This document shows positions 58,612-64,000 of a stretch of 64,000 nt of DNA, one piece after another. Each line of letters begins with the position of its first letter. The stretch's first letter is position 1. Below the pieces are notes generated by a model. That model was given only the letters and a program-made list of their open reading frames with translations. It was not told the origin of the DNA and ran no database searches. A program made the position numbers and the translations under genes. Origin of the DNA: an uncultured Spirochaetales bacterium (GTDB lineage Bacteria; Spirochaetota; Spirochaetia; CAYRYS01); the NCBI GenBank assembly GCA_964428555.1, contig CAYRYS010000007.1:3787-67786 (forward strand). The letters run 5' to 3'.

Positions 58612-60519
58612 ATGGAAATTACAGCAGGAATGAGAGATGCATTTATTCGCGATACCAAGGAATTATACACAAGCCTGGAGGATTATTTAATCCGCCTTAC
58701 ATCAGATTCAGCTGATCAGGATGCTCTTCACGGTGCATTCAGATGCGTGCATTCAATTAAGTCTGAAGCTGGGTTCACCGGATTAGAAGGCTTGGAAAGA
58801 GTATGTATTTCAGCAGAGGACATTCTCCAAGGTATGAGAGAACAGAATATTCCAATTAGCCAGGACGAGATAGGTAACCTTTCTGGAAAGATCGAAATGA
58901 TAAAGATAGAGCTGGATAATTACAGAAACAGCTATTATAAAGATGAGAGTGTTGAGGCTTCTTTGCCGGATAGCAAGCAAGGGATACCAGAAGCTGAGAA
59001 CTCCCTGTACTCTCTGTTCGATGATTTTGAGAAACAGCTTGTTAATGAAGCATTTGAAAGGGGAGAATCCCTATATAAGCTCCGGTGTGAGCTCTCGCCT
59101 GAATGTAAGATGAAGTATGCCAGGGCATATCTTTTAATAAATAATCTTGAAATGACAGTTAATGTAATAAAAACAATACCCGAGGTTATTGAAGGAATGA
59201 CCTCTTCTGTAATACGGATATATTTTACAACAGACATGAAGTTAAAAGAGGTGTATTCTGCGGTTAACATAGATGAAGTTGAGCGTATTGAAATATCTGA
59301 GCTAGATTACAGCAGCTATGTGCAGAAGGCAGAATCAGGAACTACAGAGCTCCAGGAAGTGCTCAGTCAGGGACACCAGCTTACATCAATTCTTGTAGAT
59401 ATCTCTGAACTTCATAAAATATCCGGGTATATTGATGATCTTAGACTTAAGCTGATAGATATGAAAAATGAAATAAGTACTGGTGCAGGCCTGCCTATAG
59501 CATTGAATAACGGGTTGTCTATTATAAGTCAGCTTGTTCTCGGTATGTCAGATGCAGTTCGGGATGCCCAAATGGCTCCCATATCTGAATTGTTTTTATC
59601 AATTCCGAGCTTTGCATCAAAGCTTGCTGCAGAGATGGGGAAAAAGGTTTCTATTGATATAGAAGCAAAGGAAGGAAAAACTGATAGAAGAATAATTGAA
59701 GCATTGAAAGACCCGCTTCTTCATTTGGTACGTAATGCGGTTGATCACGGTATCGAGACGCCGGATGACCGAAAGAAATACGGCAAGAATGAAACAGGAC
59801 ATATCAGATTGCAGTCCGAGGTAAGAGACGGGAAACTCCATATTACCTGTATAGATGACGGCAAGGGTATGGACGTAGACGAGATGAAAAAGACAGCACT
59901 CCAGCTTAATTTTGATCCTGACTATGTCGATTCAAATGGGCTTATGCAGATTATCCGTCTTCCCGGCTTTTCCACACTTACTCAGGCAAGCAGCTTCTCC
60001 GGCCGTGGTGTTGGAATGGATTCAGTGTATCAGAGGATTACAGAGACTCTGAAAGGACAGATACAGTGTGAATCAACAGCGAATGTCGGTACATCCTTCA
60101 CTATAACTATTCCGGAAACCAAGTCTATTATTGAGGTAATGCTGGTTAAATGGGAGAATATGAGGCTGGCAGTACAGAAACAGTATGTAGAAAAAACTGT
60201 ACTGATTCAAGGGAATGAGATACTCCAAGGAAATGATTCAATGTATTATAAAGGGCCTGAGGGAAGAAAAGTACCGGTATTTACCCCTGAGGGTAAGCTG
60301 CTTAAATCAATTACTCTTGACCAGGAGAAATACGGACTGCTTATAAATTATCTGGATTATTCTGGACTTCTCCTTATTGATGATCTGCTGTTTGAGAAAG
60401 AAATGATGTCAGAGCACCTTCAGATTCTGGAAGAAATTCAACCGAATATCCGAAGGATCGAACTTGGAAAAACACCCTTGGATTTCCAAATGCTTATTCC
60501 TTCCATTGTCATGGGATAG
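58612..60519 (+). CDS. CheA-like histidine kinase (Hpt-P2-dimer-HATPase-degenerate CheW-like)
   Basis: Hpt FRCVHSIKS; P2-like CKMKYARAY; N box HLVRNAVDHG; DDGKG; PGFST; SGRGVGMD. Confidence 0.88.
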   Translation: MEITAGMRDAFIRDTKELYTSLEDYLIRLTSDSADQDALHGAFRCVHSIKSEAGFTGLEGLERVCISAEDILQGMREQNIPISQDEIGNLSGKIEMIKIELDNYRNSYYKDESVEASLPDSKQGIPEAENSLYSLFDDFEKQLVNEAFERGESLYKLRCELSPECKMKYARAYLLINNLEMTVNVIKTIPEVIEGMTSSVIRIYFTTDMKLKEVYSAVNIDEVERIEISELDYSSYVQKAESGTTELQEVLSQGHQLTSILVDISELHKISGYIDDLRLKLIDMKNEISTGAGLPIALNNGLSIISQLVLGMSDAVRDAQMAPISELFLSIPSFASKLAAEMGKKVSIDIEAKEGKTDRRIIEALKDPLLHLVRNAVDHGIETPDDRKKYGKNETGHIRLQSEVRDGKLHITCIDDGKGMDVDEMKKTALQLNFDPDYVDSNGLMQIIRLPGFSTLTQASSFSGRGVGMDSVYQRITETLKGQIQCESTANVGTSFTITIPETKSIIEVMLVKWENMRLAVQKQYVEKTVLIQGNEILQGNDSMYYKGPEGRKVPVFTPEGKLLKSITLDQEKYGLLINYLDYSGLLLIDDLLFEKEMMSEHLQILEEIQPNIRRIELGKTPLDFQMLIPSIVMG

Positions 60520-60590
60520 TCTTCATAGTTGTACTGATAAAGTTATCAATTCCCTTTGCATTTTCTCTATAAAAAAGATATTTTACATGC

Positions 60591-61577
60591 ATGTCTTTAT
60601 TTCATAGATTATACCATCCAGAGGTTTTCCAGGGCTCCGATAAAAAGAAAGATTATTTTGAGGGCTGGTATTTAAAAAATATTAGCAGTGATAACCAAAC
60701 CGTACTTTCAGTTATTCCTGGAATAGCATTGTCAAAAGCTGATCCCCATGCGTTTATTCAGGTTATTTCCGATAATCCGACACTAAACAGATACATAAAG
60801 TATGACATTGATGAGTTCTATGGAAGTACCAAAGAATTTGATGTTCAAATTGGGAAAAGCAGGTTTACATCAAGGTTTCTCCATATTGATCTGCTTGAGG
60901 GTTCAAAAAAAATCCGAGGTGAACTTCTCTTTCAGGAACCAGAGAAGCTTCCCAGGTCACTCTTTTCCCCTGGTATAATGGGCTGGTATTCATTTGTTCC
61001 TTTTATGGAGTGTAAGCATGGTATTGTTTCAATTGGCCACAGGCTTAAAGGAAGGATTGAAATCGAAAATAGGGTCTGTGACTTTACAAATGGCCGGGGG
61101 TATATTGAGAAAGATTGGGGTTCCTCTATGCCTGAGACCTGGCTCTGGGCGCAATGCAATACATTTACCGATTCCCAGGCATCATTTATGCTCTCTATAG
61201 CAAAAATACCATGGCTCGGCAAATCATTTATGGGGTTCGTCGGGTTTTTTGCTTATCGAGGAGTTGTGTATAGATTTGCTACGTATAATACCTCCAGGAT
61301 TACACGATTCGAACAGACAGGGGAGATGACATTTATTGTAGAAATTGAACACCCTGAGTACACCCTTCAGCTTGAGGGCTGGCGCAGAAACTCAGCTGAA
61401 TTGAAAGCTCCCATATCCGGAATAATGCAGCGCGGAATCAAAGAAAGTGTGGATTCTGAAGTCCGGATAACGGTTCTGGAAAATAATGGGAACCTATTGT
61501 TTCAGGATACTGGAGAGAAGGCTGGACTTGAAATAGTGAATGGAATATTTGACTGCTTTACTGATACTAATCCATAA
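60591..61577 (+). CDS. Tocopherol cyclase family protein
   Basis: YFEGWY, IMG-SF-PFMEC-HG, GYIEKDWG-S-P--WLW-QC motifs. Confidence 0.8.
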   Translation: MSLFHRLYHPEVFQGSDKKKDYFEGWYLKNISSDNQTVLSVIPGIALSKADPHAFIQVISDNPTLNRYIKYDIDEFYGSTKEFDVQIGKSRFTSRFLHIDLLEGSKKIRGELLFQEPEKLPRSLFSPGIMGWYSFVPFMECKHGIVSIGHRLKGRIEIENRVCDFTNGRGYIEKDWGSSMPETWLWAQCNTFTDSQASFMLSIAKIPWLGKSFMGFVGFFAYRGVVYRFATYNTSRITRFEQTGEMTFIVEIEHPEYTLQLEGWRRNSAELKAPISGIMQRGIKESVDSEVRITVLENNGNLLFQDTGEKAGLEIVNGIFDCFTDTNP

Positions 61578-61604
61578 AAAAACCGCCGGTTTCCCGGCGG
61601 TTTG
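61576..61604. terminator. Intrinsic terminator between convergent genes
   Basis: Stem AAACCGCCGG-TTTC-CCGGCGGTTT; the A-run on its left gives a U-tract for the minus-strand ABC operon. Confidence 0.85.
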
Positions 61605-61621
61605 TAATAGGCATATTCTTT

Positions 61622-62530
61622 TTATTCAGAAATAAGGCCCTGTTCTACAAGATATTCCCTGGCAACATCGATAGGTTCTCTATTTTCAGCATCTACCTGG
61701 TAGTTCATATTCGTCATCTGCTCTTCTGTAAGCGTGTTAGCAAGCGGTGACAGGATTTCTTCGATTTCAGGATACTCTTCCAGAACATCAGCGTGGACAG
61801 TTACTGCAAGATTGTATACAGGAAAGAAATTACGGTTGTCTTCAAGCACAAAGAGATTGTATCGTCTTAGTTTTCCATCTGTGGAAAAGACCATTGCCAC
61901 ATCAATATCTCCGCTTTCAATTGCTTCATAAGACAGTCCAATTTCCATGGTCCGTACCTGGCCTTCATCAGCTTCCATGTTATATGTGTCTGCCATTGCA
62001 AAGAACCCGTCAGGACGCTCATAGAACTCATAGTCCAGAGCAATCGTGTATTCTTGAGGGTTGCTGTTTATCAGGTCAGCAAGATCTGACAGAGTCTGAA
62101 GGTCATGCTCTTCTGCAAATTCCTGGGAAACCGCAAGAGCGTATGTATTATTTACATTGAACCGCTCAAGCCAGACAATATCATTTTCTGCGGCATCTTC
62201 TGCCTGGACCCGTTCGAAAAGCTCTACAGGATCATTGATCTGATCATCATGCTCAAGATATGCTGTCCAGCCTGTACCTGTATAGTCTGCATACAAGTCA
62301 ATCTGGTTAGTTTCCAGAGCGCTGCGAACAGCAAATGAGCTCATACCAAAGTTCTTGTTCACATTGAACCCTGCATCCTCCAGCATTAGGCTGATCATTT
62401 CTGACATAACATACTGTTCAGTAAAGTTTTTTGAACCTACCCTTAATGTTGCTTCGCTGGAACCTCCTGCGAAACACAGTGTTGAGAATAATACTAGTGT
62501 TAAAATTGTAATTATTGTTTTTCTCATCAC
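61622..62530 (-). CDS. Glycine betaine/choline ABC transporter substrate-binding protein (OpuCC/OsmF-like)
   Basis: VGSKNFTEQ, YTGT, NNTYAL, EF-ER-DG, STDG, LEDNRNFFPVY; spirochaete-type FAGGSSE N-terminus. Confidence 0.92.
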   Translation of the reverse strand: MMRKTIITILTLVLFSTLCFAGGSSEATLRVGSKNFTEQYVMSEMISLMLEDAGFNVNKNFGMSSFAVRSALETNQIDLYADYTGTGWTAYLEHDDQINDPVELFERVQAEDAAENDIVWLERFNVNNTYALAVSQEFAEEHDLQTLSDLADLINSNPQEYTIALDYEFYERPDGFFAMADTYNMEADEGQVRTMEIGLSYEAIESGDIDVAMVFSTDGKLRRYNLFVLEDNRNFFPVYNLAVTVHADVLEEYPEIEEILSPLANTLTEEQMTNMNYQVDAENREPIDVAREYLVEQGLISE

Positions 62531-62542
62531 TTCCTCCTTTTA

Positions 62543-63190
62543 TTAGTTTTGTAATTTTATGCCCTTAGACGTGATACCGCTCTCAGCAAATGCCAGTGCA
62601 GTATCTATTAAAATTGCAAGAAGTGCAGCGGGCAGTGCACCTGCAATTATCATTTCCTCACGCATGAGTTTTAATCCGATAAATATCAATTCTCCAAGAC
62701 CGCCTGCACCTATTGCAGATGCAATGGTAGCAGTACCGATATTTATTGTTGCTGCACTTCGTACTCCAGATAGAATCGAAGGTACGCTGATAGGCAGCTC
62801 TACTTTTGTAAGAATTTGGCGTTTGGTCATTCCCATACCTGTAGCTGACTCTTTTGTTGCATTGGGAACGCTTAAAAGACCTGAAGCTGTATTAAAAACA
62901 ATAGGAACAAGGCTGTACAAAAACAATGCAAAGATTGCCGGGGTTGAACCGATTCCTACAAAGATAAAGACTACTGCAATAACAGCAATGCTTGGCACTG
63001 CTTGGGCAGCACTAGTTATGCTGAGTAGAATCGTCCCGAATTTGGCTTTTGGGTTTCTTGTTGCAATAATAGCAATAGATATTCCCACAATTACAGAGAA
63101 GATCCATGAAACACCGAATAACAGAAAGTGTTCCCAGAGCTTTAATAAGACCCTGTCAGGGTTTTCAAAAATAAATGATAACAGTCCCAT
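62543..63190 (-). CDS. Osmoprotectant ABC transporter permease (OpuCB/CD-like)
   Basis: QAVPSIA, EAA-type motif ESATGMGMT, VELP, IGAGGLG. Confidence 0.92.
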   Translation of the reverse strand: MGLLSFIFENPDRVLLKLWEHFLLFGVSWIFSVIVGISIAIIATRNPKAKFGTILLSITSAAQAVPSIAVIAVVFIFVGIGSTPAIFALFLYSLVPIVFNTASGLLSVPNATKESATGMGMTKRQILTKVELPISVPSILSGVRSAATINIGTATIASAIGAGGLGELIFIGLKLMREEMIIAGALPAALLAILIDTALAFAESGITSKGIKLQN

Positions 63191-63205
63191 ATAATGCCTC
63201 CTTGT

Positions 63206-64000
63206 TTATACGTTTGTGCCTGCAATTGAACGAACTTTTGCAAATACCTCTGAAAGCCGCATAGAGCCGAGCATTTTATTGTGGTCGTTTACAACAGGTA
63301 TTTCGATAAGCCCAGCTTTAAACATATGAGAAACTGCTTCCATAAGCGTGGAATAGGGGCGCAGGGAGTCTACAGGTTTTACATGCGGGAAGAGAGACTC
63401 TTTCTGATCTGCTTTTGTAAGTTCCCTTTGTGTAATATATCCTTCCAATTTGTTCTTGTTGTTTACAACAAAGATAAAATCTCTGTCCTCTTTCTGAAGA
63501 TATTTAAGTGCTTTTCCAACACTGTTGTAATCCTCTATTACGATTGTCTGGATGTCTTCGGAAAGATGGTCTTTTACTTTTAGCAGTTCCATTCCTTTTA
63601 AGGCTCTGTCTGAACCGAGCAGGTCCTCTACAAACACATTTGCAGGATTATTAATGACCTCCATTGCTGAGTCATACTGTGCTATTTTGCCTTTATCCAG
63701 AATTGCGATATGATCTCCAAGCTTTACTGCTTCCCGAATATCATGAGTAACAAAAACAATAGTCTTTTGAATTGATTTTTGAATTTCAAGAAAACTGTCC
63801 TGCAGCTTCTCTCTGTTAATCGGGTCAATAGCGCCAAAGGGTTCATCCATAAGCAGTATGTCAGGGTCTGCAGCAAGTCCTCTTGCTACACCGATCCTTT
63901 GTCTCTGTCCTCCGGAAAGCTGTGCAGGAAATTTTTCCATATTCAGCTTTGGATCCATGTTTACCAAATCCAACAGCTCCCTGATTCTTTTGCGGATTTC
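63206..64000 (-). CDS. Osmoprotectant ABC transporter ATPase with CBS domains (OpuCA-like), 5'-truncated by window edge
   Basis: LSGGQRQR, LMDEPFGAID, VTHD; C-terminal CBS pair; frame open to base 64000. Confidence 0.92.
   Translation of the reverse strand, partial: EIRKRIRELLDLVNMDPKLNMEKFPAQLSGGQRQRIGVARGLAADPDILLMDEPFGAIDPINREKLQDSFLEIQKSIQKTIVFVTHDIREAVKLGDHIAILDKGKIAQYDSAMEVINNPANVFVEDLLGSDRALKGMELLKVKDHLSEDIQTIVIEDYNSVGKALKYLQKEDRDFIFVVNNKNKLEGYITQRELTKADQKESLFPHVKPVDSLRPYSTLMEAVSHMFKAGLIEIPVVNDHNKMLGSMRLSEVFAKVRSIAGTNV

Noticed and set aside
62559-63194. 211-aa + strand ORF and other long antisense ORFs (e.g. 26884-27498, 33101-33664, 31198-31740, 23825-24358)
   Set aside because: Shadow frames of well-conserved genes on the opposite strand; no motifs or SD

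Overview
Chromosomal core region of a free-living spirochaete (class Spirochaetia). The assignment rests on the FlbB collar gene, FlgE with the K165/C178 lysinoalanine pair, an 'FAGGxxE' binding-protein N-terminus, and Borrelia/Treponema-like dcw-hslVU-flg synteny. Left part (1-12 kb): nadK-recN-hypothetical, cdd, an M23 peptidase/methyltransferase operon, a divergent pair of GH57 alpha-glucan enzymes with a DUF4912 protein, and a STAS protein. From 12.3 to 61.6 kb every gene lies on the + strand: a reduced dcw cluster (mraZ-rsmH-ftsL-murF-mraY-ftsW-ftsQ-ftsA-ftsZ), then xerD-TPR-dprA-topA-xerC-hslVU and a contiguous flagellar cluster (flgB to flhG, fliA, fapA). An atypical Hsp70, a J-domain/HEAT protein and an orphan CheA-like kinase are appended to it, followed by a tocopherol-cyclase-like gene. 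An OpuC-type osmoprotectant ABC transporter closes the window on the - strand. No rRNA, tRNA, CRISPR or mobile element was seen. The best candidate for an undescribed system is the Hsp70/J-HEAT/CheA-like module translationally coupled to the fliA sub-operon. Other notable signals are a prion-like [F/Y]GG(P)QQQ repeat in FliY, a palindrome overlapping the sigma28 promoter of flgB, G8 tracts before fliF and fliP, a probable CTG start for fliO, and strong lysine depletion of periplasmic proteins suggesting (halo)alkaliphily. All calls come from motif recognition by eye; no database search was run.
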